Virus record (IMG/VR): IMGVR_UViG_3300032305_001431
Span: 1-46,585 of that record
Direction: 5' to 3' (one strand)
Source: a virus
Lineage: Duplodnaviria; Caudoviricetes
DNA: 46,585 nt
Shown here: in pieces, positions 1 to 9,447 of the stretch
Numbering within the stretch: position 1 is the stretch's first letter
Layout: every line of letters begins with the position of its first letter
The notes under the pieces: generated by a model
What the model saw: only the letters and a program-made list of their open reading frames with translations
Told to the model about the DNA's origin: nothing
Database searches by the model: none
Made by a program: the position numbers and the translations under genes

Positions 1-1
1 G

Positions 2-163
2 CCAATTATGTATAGCCCTGAAGCTGACTGGAAACAAGTGGCAAAAAACATTAGTCAACTGGTCACTTTTGAGAGCTATCCAGTCCCAGACCCAGAAGTG
101 TTTGAGACATGGCAAGAGTGGGCTTCTGCCCTTAGTTTTATTTTAAACGGACCTACGCAATAA
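2..163 (+). CDS. 3' end of hypothetical virion-operon protein (partial)
   Basis: Open frame PIMYSPEADWKQV...ILNGPTQ* ending TAA 161-163, 1 nt before the next ATG. Confidence 0.7.
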   Translation, partial: PIMYSPEADWKQVAKNISQLVTFESYPVPDPEVFETWQEWASALSFILNGPTQ

Positions 164-164
164 A

Positions 165-527
165 ATGACACCGACAGAGATTATTAAAGCTGACGCCATA
201 GAGCGCAACATTGACCCCAATACACTTCTTGTTTCTTTGAGGAAACATCTTGAAGCGGGGGTGGCCGTCATGCTTAGAAAAAATGACTCCGTGCTTGTCC
301 TAAAAGAACTCGAGGGCCACGCTATGGAGCTGCACTTATTTACAGAAGACGCGCCCTTAACCTTGGCTCGCTCCATTAAGTATTTCGTAGATAAAATTAA
401 AGCGTCAGACATCGAAGCAGTTTACGGGAAAGCCGATAATGCTGAAATTATAGAGATGCTAAAACGGTTAGGTGTTCCCGTTGAAAATTCTGACCGTCCC
501 GAATTTAACTGGATGGCGCGGGTATGA
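165..527 (+). CDS. Hypothetical protein, possibly GNAT-fold, preceding the internal virion genes
   Basis: 120 aa, ATGA overlap with next gene. ELHLFT...MLKRLG pattern and position resemble small GNAT-like genes before ejection proteins (inference). Confidence 0.55.
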   Translation: MTPTEIIKADAIERNIDPNTLLVSLRKHLEAGVAVMLRKNDSVLVLKELEGHAMELHLFTEDAPLTLARSIKYFVDKIKASDIEAVYGKADNAEIIEMLKRLGVPVENSDRPEFNWMARV

Positions 528-2086
528 GATATAACCTCGAGACAATGCTACCGCTTGGTGCCTTTGAGCACTGCGGGAATCGCCATATAAAATTGTATGG
601 TAGTAGTTCTTGGAATCCAATTGAAATAATAGAAAACACTGTCAGTTCCGTGGGTGATGTAATAGGTGATGTTGCACAAAGCGTAGGCGAATTTGGGGCA
701 GATGTTGATGAATTTGTAAATGACACCATTCCCGGCGGATGGGCAACCGTTGCCGCCGTTGCTGTCCCCTATGCGGCTCCTATGATTACAGGAGCAGCGT
801 TAACTGTTGGACAAGCCGCGGCATTAGCCGCTGGAACAAGTGCGGCTACTGGAATTATTGAAGGTAAAGATCCAGAGGATATTTTAAAAAGTGCGGCTTT
901 ATCCGCCGCTGGTTCCTATCTTGGTAGTGGTTTATCCGATAGTGGTGTTCCAAATTGGGATGCTGACATTACCGCCGGTGCAGAAGGTTATGCAAATGTT
1001 GCTGGTGCAGGTGCTGGCTCTGGTTTAAGTGCTGACATGAATCTTGATGCACCATATGTAGACATGCCAGATGGTGAGTATTTATTAAATACACCAACAG
1101 ATCAAGGCGGTTTGCCTAGCTTAAATGCTGACATTGATCTCGATGCCCCATACGTTGACACACCCGACGGGGAGTATTTATTAAATGAACCAATAGATCA
1201 AGGTGGTTTACCGCAGTACCCCGGCGATTCACAATACATAGAGCAAGATCTTCAAGAGCAGGCCAGAAATACTGATGTCGAATCAGGCAGTCCAACATCA
1301 TGGGATCGTGGTGATCCATCGTTACCAAGTTTAAAAGAAACTGCTAACGCAATTAACAAAGCAAGACAAATATATAATTTAGGCAATGCATTAATGGGCG
1401 GCAGTAGTCCTACTGCTCGTACAAGAACTTCTGGTTATTTACCATATGGATCTTCTTCTGGCATTGAGGATTTGAGTGGTGGTCTTACTGGCAGTTCTGA
1501 TCTCATTAAAAATCTAACACCGGGTTTAACCGCAGCTAAACAAGATTATACTTTATCTGGTTTGCCAGATATTGATGAAACAGTTAACCCAGTTCGTTTT
1601 GAAGCGGGCGGATCTACTAGTAATTCAGCAACAGACGCTTATGGTTATGATCCGTATGCTACTGACAAAACCATTGGTAAATCCACTCTAACACCATCGT
1701 TAACTAAGGCTCAGTTAAATTATATCTTAACTGGATTGCCGGGTAACTTAATTGGCAAAGCAGAGGGTGGTTCCATACAAGAACACAAGCCAGAGTTTTT
1801 CTCTGAAGGTGGTTTGGGATCCATGAAAAACCGCTATGTTAAAGGTAGAGGGGATGGCACTAGCGATAGCATTCCAGCCATGTTGGCTAACGGCGAATTT
1901 GTTATACCTGCCGATGTAGTATCCTCTTTAGGCAATGGTAGTAACGATGCCGGTGCAACAATTTTAGATGAGTTTTTAAAGACAATTAGAAAACACAAAA
2001 GGGCGGCGGATGTGAAGAAATTACCTCCAGATAGTAAGGGCGCTTTGGGTTATTTATTAGAAGCAAAACGTAAGGTGAAAGCATAA
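524..2086 (+). CDS. Putative internal virion/ejection protein
   Basis: Gly/Ala-rich with a hydrophobic segment. C-terminal GRGDGTSDSIPAMLANGEFVIPADVV motif is typical of phage tape-measure/ejection proteins. Confidence 0.7.
   Translation: MRYNLETMLPLGAFEHCGNRHIKLYGSSSWNPIEIIENTVSSVGDVIGDVAQSVGEFGADVDEFVNDTIPGGWATVAAVAVPYAAPMITGAALTVGQAAALAAGTSAATGIIEGKDPEDILKSAALSAAGSYLGSGLSDSGVPNWDADITAGAEGYANVAGAGAGSGLSADMNLDAPYVDMPDGEYLLNTPTDQGGLPSLNADIDLDAPYVDTPDGEYLLNEPIDQGGLPQYPGDSQYIEQDLQEQARNTDVESGSPTSWDRGDPSLPSLKETANAINKARQIYNLGNALMGGSSPTARTRTSGYLPYGSSSGIEDLSGGLTGSSDLIKNLTPGLTAAKQDYTLSGLPDIDETVNPVRFEAGGSTSNSATDAYGYDPYATDKTIGKSTLTPSLTKAQLNYILTGLPGNLIGKAEGGSIQEHKPEFFSEGGLGSMKNRYVKGRGDGTSDSIPAMLANGEFVIPADVVSSLGNGSNDAGATILDEFLKTIRKHKRAADVKKLPPDSKGALGYLLEAKRKVKA
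1030..1212 (+). repeat. Two tandem ~87-bp in-frame repeats (96-bp period)
   Basis: ADMNLDAPYVDMPDGEYLLNTPTDQGGLP (1030-1116) vs ADIDLDAPYVDTPDGEYLLNEPIDQGGLP (1126-1212). Confidence 0.9.
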
Positions 2087-2087
2087 T

Positions 2088-3191
2088 ATGGCTGGCTTAA
2101 ATGACATTATCTCTAATACCGCGCAACAGCAAACCACGCTACCCGCTTGGTTTGACACAGCGCAACAAAATGTAGTTAGCGGAGCGCAACAAGCGTACAA
2201 TGCTGCGCCAGCGCCGGGGCAAACTGTTGCCCAAAACGCCATCAATACTTTGTCTGGTCCAACCAATCCGTTTACACAAGCGGCTGGAACTTTACAGAAC
2301 ATTGCTACTGGTGCAGCCAATCCATGGATCACCAGCCCAACGGGGCAAATAACTCCAAACACCAATACCGCATTGGGCGGATTGTTCCAAGCACAGAATC
2401 AGCAATTGGAACAGTTAATGCCAAACATTACCTCTCCAGTAACGGGGGCATCGATTGGCACAGGACAGTTTGGTAGTTTGCGTGAAAAAACTGCTGTCAA
2501 CAAAGCAATGGCAGATGCTCAAGCGCAGTTGTTTGCCGATCAAATGAAAACGGCATTACAAAACCAACAGACTGGTGTAAGTGCCGCAGCCAATGTGGGT
2601 AACATAACCCAACAAGATATTAACAACCTATTAACCGTTGGTCAATACCAACAAGCCGCACCGTTTACCAATGTATCTAACTTAGGTAAAGTTATTGGTG
2701 GTATCCAAGCCCCAACTAAAGTTTCCAATCAAACACAAGTATCACCACTTAACCAGATCCTTGGTATTGCTACAGCGTTGGGTGGTACAACGGGCAATAC
2801 TGGTTTACTAAGACAGTTAGGAGTAACGGGCGGATTGCCCGGCTTACTAGGCGGTGCAAAAGACCTACTTACTGGAGCATTAAAAACTCAATACTCTGGT
2901 CAAACGGGTCTGCCCGCTGGACCGGGTGCTCCATCAGAAGTTCAAGATGCAGCAGGAAATGTAAAAGAAGGATACTTCTCTGACGAAGAAGGTAACTGGT
3001 ACGGCCCTAATAGCTATTTACCAATTGCTGGACCAGATTCTAGTATTGGTGGCGGCGGTGGCATTGGTTTTGGTGATGACGGATTTGATTTAGGTGGAAT
3101 TGGAATTGGTGATTCTGGCGGTGGTCTTGAATTTGGTGGTAACATTGGCGATGATTGGGGTTCCGATTTTGTAGACTTCAACTTCGGCTAA
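2088..3191 (+). CDS. Putative internal virion/DNA ejection protein
   Basis: Q/A/T/G-rich, LPAWF near N terminus, GQFGSLR motif, Gly/Asp-rich tail. Confidence 0.6.
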   Translation: MAGLNDIISNTAQQQTTLPAWFDTAQQNVVSGAQQAYNAAPAPGQTVAQNAINTLSGPTNPFTQAAGTLQNIATGAANPWITSPTGQITPNTNTALGGLFQAQNQQLEQLMPNITSPVTGASIGTGQFGSLREKTAVNKAMADAQAQLFADQMKTALQNQQTGVSAAANVGNITQQDINNLLTVGQYQQAAPFTNVSNLGKVIGGIQAPTKVSNQTQVSPLNQILGIATALGGTTGNTGLLRQLGVTGGLPGLLGGAKDLLTGALKTQYSGQTGLPAGPGAPSEVQDAAGNVKEGYFSDEEGNWYGPNSYLPIAGPDSSIGGGGGIGFGDDGFDLGGIGIGDSGGGLEFGGNIGDDWGSDFVDFNFG

Positions 3192-3199
3192 GGATAAAT

Positions 3200-4891
3200 A
3201 TGACTGAAAAAGAACAAACACAAAGTGGTTTAGATCTAGCAGTTAAGACTGGTACGGCTGCTAAACCAATCATTGCCAACGAGAGTGTGTTGGCACAGAT
3301 GGAGCAACTGTACAAAGACAAACTGGCTAGAAGTCAAAGTTTTTTACAAGACATGGCAGATGCCCAAGCATGGTGGTCGGGTGGCGTAGAAGGTCCATCT
3401 CGTCCATTAGCAGAGCGTGCTAGAACTCGTGCCGCTCAAGAAAAAGATTTAGAAGAATTAGCTAGAGGTATTGCCACAACCAAAGTTGGTTTGGGTCAAT
3501 TACAAGAGGCTGGACAAGCAATACAACCCGGAGGAACTTCAGCACCAGTAATGGGTGGTGGTGCTCCAACGGCTGGTGGTACTACATTACCCGCTGGTTG
3601 GGCAACCATTCGTGGCGTTCCCGTTCCACCCGAAGTGGCTGCATCATACCAAGCATATTTAAGGGTTGGCGATATAACAAGAGCCAATGCAGTACTTACT
3701 GAGTATGCAAAAACTCGTGGAGCATTTCTTAATAAGCCCGAAACATTTAAACAAGAACCATTTTGGGATGAATCGCAAGGCAGAACTGTTCGGAAAATGC
3801 CTTATGAAATTCAACAAGAAACTTTGTTTGGCGGTAAACCGCCAGCGCCAGCTACTGCCCCAGTGGCTGCAACGGCCCCGGTGGCTGCACCCGCACCGTC
3901 TGCGGCATCCCAAGTGGCAGATGTGTATCGATTTGAAAATTTAAGTGCACCACAACAAGCTCGATTAAAAACTGAATTTACTAATTTAGGTTTACAGGGC
4001 GCCGTTGAAGACTTGTTTAACAGATCTCCGATGGAAAAACGCAAAGCAGCTTTTGAAGCAAGTGGTGAAACATCCGTGGTTAAACCAACACAAGCAACTA
4101 CTTCAACCGCACCAGTTTCTACTACTGAAGCTCCCGTTGCTAAACGACGTTTTGCAAGCCCTTCGGAAGAAGAGGCGTTTAACGCCGCACAAAAAGAAGG
4201 CATGACTCAACAAGCAGGTAAAGCTGGACAAAAAGTGGGTGAGATTCGTGGTGTATTTGAAACGGCTGCTAGTGAGGCTAGGGAAAATCTACAAAGCACT
4301 AATGTAATGCTTAACATTATTGATGAATATCCTGAAGCCATTGGGTTGGGGTATAAAAATCGTGCACTAGGTGCTGTAATTGAAGGTGGTAAGTTACTAT
4401 TTGGTAAAGATATTGAGCCTCTTGCCAGACGAATTGCTTTATCGCCAGAAGCCATTGAAGCGGGTAACAAGTTTGATTCTTTAGCGGAACGAAACAATCT
4501 TAAATTTAGACAAGATGTTTACAAAGGAACTGGACAAGTGTCCGACTTTGAAACTAAATTAAGTGAACGTGCTGCTGGTCTAGCCCGTGATAACAGCGTA
4601 GAGGCTAACCGCTTCTTTGCTGCAATTGCAGGAGAAAATTATCGCACATTAGATAAGTTGGGCAAAGCGTGGGATGATTACAAAAACACATATGGTGCTG
4701 GTGCAGACTTTGCTAAATTTAAACAGTCTGACATTTGGAAGAAAGCCCAAGACGAGCGTGAGAATCGTTTGAAAAAGATGTTCCCAGAAATTGGGAGTGA
4801 AGAGCGTGGCTTTGGTCAAAAAACACCACAAGGTTTACCCAAGGATCGTTTAAATGATTTAAGAAGTCGTTACATCACAGGACCTCAATAA
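3200..4891 (+). CDS. Putative internal virion protein
   Basis: Start moved to ATG 3200 (AAGGA RBS). Helical, with Pro/Ala linkers. Confidence 0.6.
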   Translation: MTEKEQTQSGLDLAVKTGTAAKPIIANESVLAQMEQLYKDKLARSQSFLQDMADAQAWWSGGVEGPSRPLAERARTRAAQEKDLEELARGIATTKVGLGQLQEAGQAIQPGGTSAPVMGGGAPTAGGTTLPAGWATIRGVPVPPEVAASYQAYLRVGDITRANAVLTEYAKTRGAFLNKPETFKQEPFWDESQGRTVRKMPYEIQQETLFGGKPPAPATAPVAATAPVAAPAPSAASQVADVYRFENLSAPQQARLKTEFTNLGLQGAVEDLFNRSPMEKRKAAFEASGETSVVKPTQATTSTAPVSTTEAPVAKRRFASPSEEEAFNAAQKEGMTQQAGKAGQKVGEIRGVFETAASEARENLQSTNVMLNIIDEYPEAIGLGYKNRALGAVIEGGKLLFGKDIEPLARRIALSPEAIEAGNKFDSLAERNNLKFRQDVYKGTGQVSDFETKLSERAAGLARDNSVEANRFFAAIAGENYRTLDKLGKAWDDYKNTYGAGADFAKFKQSDIWKKAQDERENRLKKMFPEIGSEERGFGQKTPQGLPKDRLNDLRSRYITGPQ

Positions 4892-6213
4892 TGGCAAACA
4901 TTACCGAACTGTACCAAATGCTCGACAAGGCAGACAGATTAGCTGCCACGGGCGATGCTCAAGCACAACAAGATGCTAGGGACATTGCTGCTCAAATTAA
5001 ATTAGAGGAAGCTAAACAACAAAAATCGGGAGAGTTCCCAGAGTTGCTTGGTGGTGTAGCTGGTGCGGGTGTTGGTGCAAGTGGACAAGTGGGTGGTAAG
5101 GTTCTTAATGTTGGTCGTAACCTAGCAAGAGCCGCAGAAAATGTTAATACATTAGCGGAACAAGCTAAGATCAATGCAACTAAACCCCCTGTGCCAACCA
5201 CGGTTGGGCAGTTTCATTCTCCCCAGATGGTATCGCAATATGGCTTTGGTCCCGGTGCTATGAAAAACATTGCACACAATGTCAGCCAACAAATGGGCAA
5301 CCCATTACACGCCAGCCTTGCAGAACGTCCAATACCCGGATTTCAATTAGAAGGTAACCGCATGGTGATTACACCAACCAGTATGGGCGGTACACCCCCC
5401 ACTGGAATGCCTTCACAAGCCGCTCCATCAAGTGCATTTTCCAATGCTGTAGATCGGGCAAAACAATTTGGTGCTCCAGCATCTCGAGTAGGTGGTGCAG
5501 CAATGCGTGCCATGGGACCAGTTGCTGGTGGCTTTGGTGCTGGCTTTGAGGGTGCTGAAGCCTACAATCGATTTGAGCGTGGCGATCCCATCGGTGGAAC
5601 CATTAGTGGTATTGGTTCAATTGCTGGTGCAGCATCCATGTATCCTCCCGCAGCTCCCATAGGTTTGCCAATTAGTTATGGCATGATGGGGTTGAACTAT
5701 TTACTAGACAAGTATCGTGGTAAACCAGAGGCTAAAAGCGTATTAGAAAAAGCCGAGGGTGGATTGGTTGGTGGCTTGTCTTCTTTACAACCACAACAGC
5801 CGTCTGCTCTAACCGCGCAAATGGCACAACAAAGTCCACCCAATTTAGGTTTGCCTCCTGTGCATAGTTTGGATATGATGTCTTCGCCAAACTCGTCTGG
5901 CAGTCGTCCATTCCCAGATCAGTACAACCCCAACATGCGTTACGCTCCCCCATTTAAAGAAGGTGGTAGCACCACGCCAGCGTGGCAACGTAAAGAAGGC
6001 AAGAGTCCATCGGGCGGTTTGAACGCTGTCGGTCGGGCATCTTACAAACGGGAGACGGGCGGTGAATTAAAAGCCCCGCAACCCGAAGGCGGTTCACGCA
6101 AGAAGTCATTCTGTGCCCGAATGGGTGGCATGAAAAAGAAACTCACATCTAGCAAAACTGCTAACGATCCAGATTCCAGAATCAACAAAGCACTGCGTAA
6201 ATGGAAATGCTAA
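4891..6213 (+). CDS. Putative internal virion protein with C-terminal basic DUF6321-like domain
   Basis: Gly-rich hydrophobic core. C terminus AWQRKEGKSPSGGLN...RKKSFCARM...DPDSRINKALRKWKC. Confidence 0.7.
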   Translation: MANITELYQMLDKADRLAATGDAQAQQDARDIAAQIKLEEAKQQKSGEFPELLGGVAGAGVGASGQVGGKVLNVGRNLARAAENVNTLAEQAKINATKPPVPTTVGQFHSPQMVSQYGFGPGAMKNIAHNVSQQMGNPLHASLAERPIPGFQLEGNRMVITPTSMGGTPPTGMPSQAAPSSAFSNAVDRAKQFGAPASRVGGAAMRAMGPVAGGFGAGFEGAEAYNRFERGDPIGGTISGIGSIAGAASMYPPAAPIGLPISYGMMGLNYLLDKYRGKPEAKSVLEKAEGGLVGGLSSLQPQQPSALTAQMAQQSPPNLGLPPVHSLDMMSSPNSSGSRPFPDQYNPNMRYAPPFKEGGSTTPAWQRKEGKSPSGGLNAVGRASYKRETGGELKAPQPEGGSRKKSFCARMGGMKKKLTSSKTANDPDSRINKALRKWKC

Positions 6214-9200
6214 ATGCCAACACTAGAGGAAATGCGCGCAGAGATTAACCGTCTCCTGCCAGATGTTCAAACTCCACAATTTGTAAAGAATATTCAAACG
6301 GCATATCAAAACATGCCAGGTGCCGCCATCCCTCAAGCGGCATTGTCTTTGGGTTCTAATATCATTGGAGCACCACTTGGTGCTGCGTATGGTGTTGCAC
6401 GCAACCTATTGTCCGACAAGTTTGGCACACAAGAAGGTATCCAATACGGTCAACAAGAAGCCAAGAAGGTTATGGATGCCATGCGTTACACTCCGCCTAC
6501 AAAAGCTGGGCGTGAGATTGTAGAAGGCATTGAAACACTTCCCCAAAAAATAACTGGCTCACACATGGGCTTTGGTATGTTGCCAGAGATCTGGGGCATG
6601 CCCCCGCGCATTTCTCCATCCGATGTGCAAGTCATGGGTGCTCGTGGCATCAACGCAGCCCGTGAGATTGGCGATATTCCAAAAGACTTCTCCGCAGCAC
6701 AGTCTGGGCTTACTCGCCTAAATGCTTACAGTGAGCCAACCTATGGTGCCAGAATGCAAAATGTGGCACAAGACATTGGCGATGTCATGGCACGCCGTCA
6801 AGCCATGCGTTCAGAAGAAGGCGCTCCCACACTATCTGGGTTTGGAACCTTCACCGATCTAGTTCCCGATCCCCGCATGTACGCCGTAAAACCAAAGGGT
6901 GGCAACTGGCCAACTAATTTGGGTTCAACTGCACCATTGTCTGAGCAAGGTTTGATTGGTAAGCGTTTAGATAAAGATCAATTACAAGACAAAGAACTTG
7001 TAATTGAACGATTGTTTGAAGAACAGTTAGAAAAATATGATAAAGAAAACGGTACTCGTTTAAAAAACTACTACTTACAAAAATATTGGGACGAGCCTAA
7101 CAAAGGTCCTACAAAATTAGAGCGAATGAACTCCTTTATTTATGATACAAATGAAGGATTTAAAGGCACTGATCAACCCCTATTGCCCACACTAGATCGA
7201 ATTCAAAAATCAATTCCCGTATTTAACCAGTGGGTGATGGGACCTTATCAAAAATACATGCGTAACCAAATGGCTACGGGGCTTTCTACCGATCCGTTAC
7301 TGCAAGTCATTAATGAAGCAAACATACCATTAAGCAGATTGTTTCGTTCAAACGATGAATTAGATACTAATAAACATACCGCAGAGGCAGAAGAAAGAAG
7401 ACTGTTAGCAATTGAACAATTAGAAAGAAGTGGAGTGGATCCAACACAACCACAATTTCAAGATGTTGGAAGAGTAACTGCTACTACACCAGTGGGTCAA
7501 CAGTATGAAAATGTGTTGGATTATGATATTGCTTTAGGTACGCCAAGACAGTATGGTCCAGTCACTTTTCCTTTCGCTAGTAAATTAGATCCAAAGAGTA
7601 CTGTTTATGATGTTACATATTCAAGACCACGCAGTCAGTCTGGTTTTAAAGATATAAAATCAAATGTATTGGAAGGTTTAATTTCTGGAAAATATGATCC
7701 AGAGAAAATAAGTAATCTTGCACCAAGTGTTGTGGTGCAAGACATGATTAAAGATTATCAAAACAAATTAAAAGAGCAACAAAAAAATGAAGAATTAATA
7801 GAAACTTATCGGGTTGAACGTGCTAAACAACTACAAACTAATACTGAGTTCCCCGATGGTTCTAAAATGGTGGTCTTTAATAAAGCCAGTTATGATGCTG
7901 ATTCTGATATGCTCAAACGTGATTTTGGACAGATCACAAAAGATCTCAACCAATGTATTGGTGCTGGCTGTCATGGTACGCGCGACTATCCTGGTCACGG
8001 TCCTGCGTTAGAACCACATACTGGCAGACCGCCTCGTGGTTCGACGGGTGAGTTATCTTACCAATCTTATTATGATTCGGTAAAATCGGGTACTGGTGAA
8101 ATCATTTCTTTAGTTGATCCTAATTCTAAATATCAATTTACGATTCAAGCTAAATACGATAAACAACCATTAACAAGAAACGAAGAAAAAACAATTGCTG
8201 AAAGTTGGATACTACAACACGCCCCAGATTATTTATCTAAATTCCAAGATTATGTTAATGATAGCGGGGATTTATACGCAGTAGCAATGGCACAACATGC
8301 ATTTCCTGAAATTAAAGACATCATAAAACAATCTCAATTTGTGAAAAAAAATATCACGCAAATGCGTGGTGCGGATAATGGAGAAGTTGCTCCAGAGTAC
8401 GAACAACATGTTACGGATTGGTTAAATCAAAATGCAGATGTGATTAATCGTGTTTCTGATTTAGAGCAAATCCCTGGAATAATTGATCTTACTGATAGGT
8501 CATCTTATGTTATTGATAAATTAACTGACTACCAACCAGATTGGGATTTTGATACATTAGAAAAGTTTATTGAAACTGTAAGAAACGAAAAATTATTGCC
8601 TCGTTTCTTTGGAGCTTATGATATAGAAAATTTGGCTAATGAGAGAAACATTGATTTAACTGAGGCTCCGCCAAGAGAATTAAGTCCATTTGAAAAAGAA
8701 TCTATTGTGGAAGAATTTGACAGGTTTATTTTAAATAAACCCGATTCATTGCACGCCGTTAATAATTTTAATCAAGAGAATAATTTAAATTTACTACTTG
8801 GTAATCCAATTAGATACGATTTGCCAGTTGACATGCATCGTAAATTGGTGAAGATGATTTTATCAGATAATCAAAGTTTAATTAATTCAGTTGCTGATCA
8901 AATTAAAGGTTACACAATTGCATCTGCTGTGGCTGGGGGATTGGAAGTGCCGATACCTTTTGGATTAACAAGTTCTCAAGCTACCAATATATTTAACATA
9001 TTAAACGGGTGGTACAACAAAAATCCGAGAAAAGATAGTGGAATCTGGGGTGGTTTTGAAGATGATGCTCAAAGACACCCTAACCCATTTGACGAAGTTA
9101 AATTAAAAGAATTCTTGGCACGCCCCGATAATTTTGATTTGATAAAAAGAGATCTTAATTTATTTTTCCAACGAGAAGAAAGACCAGGAACTTATGATGT

Positions 9201-9447
9201 GCCTCAAGTCAATGAAGATATTGCTATATTGATGGGTAATCAAGAACCAGAGGCTAAAATACCGCTAGAAATGCATATGAGACTTGTTAAAGCTTTACTA
9301 AATCAAGATGATAACTCTCGTGTAATTAGAAATTCATTATCCAAATTAAATAATGGTGAAGAAATATATGGTTTGAATGACGCACAACGAGCTAATGTCT
9401 TGAATATGTTAAGTCAGTGGGTGGAACGTTACCCACTTAACGAGTAA
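6214..9447 (+). CDS. Large putative injected protein with PcfJ-like domain
   Basis: 1077 aa. NQCIG...Y..SVKSG..EIISLVD...FTIQ...ITQMRGADN resembles PcfJ-like HCVG..IYSLRD..TIE..QIKGK.N. C-terminal duplication. Confidence 0.55.
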   Translation: MPTLEEMRAEINRLLPDVQTPQFVKNIQTAYQNMPGAAIPQAALSLGSNIIGAPLGAAYGVARNLLSDKFGTQEGIQYGQQEAKKVMDAMRYTPPTKAGREIVEGIETLPQKITGSHMGFGMLPEIWGMPPRISPSDVQVMGARGINAAREIGDIPKDFSAAQSGLTRLNAYSEPTYGARMQNVAQDIGDVMARRQAMRSEEGAPTLSGFGTFTDLVPDPRMYAVKPKGGNWPTNLGSTAPLSEQGLIGKRLDKDQLQDKELVIERLFEEQLEKYDKENGTRLKNYYLQKYWDEPNKGPTKLERMNSFIYDTNEGFKGTDQPLLPTLDRIQKSIPVFNQWVMGPYQKYMRNQMATGLSTDPLLQVINEANIPLSRLFRSNDELDTNKHTAEAEERRLLAIEQLERSGVDPTQPQFQDVGRVTATTPVGQQYENVLDYDIALGTPRQYGPVTFPFASKLDPKSTVYDVTYSRPRSQSGFKDIKSNVLEGLISGKYDPEKISNLAPSVVVQDMIKDYQNKLKEQQKNEELIETYRVERAKQLQTNTEFPDGSKMVVFNKASYDADSDMLKRDFGQITKDLNQCIGAGCHGTRDYPGHGPALEPHTGRPPRGSTGELSYQSYYDSVKSGTGEIISLVDPNSKYQFTIQAKYDKQPLTRNEEKTIAESWILQHAPDYLSKFQDYVNDSGDLYAVAMAQHAFPEIKDIIKQSQFVKKNITQMRGADNGEVAPEYEQHVTDWLNQNADVINRVSDLEQIPGIIDLTDRSSYVIDKLTDYQPDWDFDTLEKFIETVRNEKLLPRFFGAYDIENLANERNIDLTEAPPRELSPFEKESIVEEFDRFILNKPDSLHAVNNFNQENNLNLLLGNPIRYDLPVDMHRKLVKMILSDNQSLINSVADQIKGYTIASAVAGGLEVPIPFGLTSSQATNIFNILNGWYNKNPRKDSGIWGGFEDDAQRHPNPFDEVKLKEFLARPDNFDLIKRDLNLFFQREERPGTYDVPQVNEDIAILMGNQEPEAKIPLEMHMRLVKALLNQDDNSRVIRNSLSKLNNGEEIYGLNDAQRANVLNMLSQWVERYPLNE

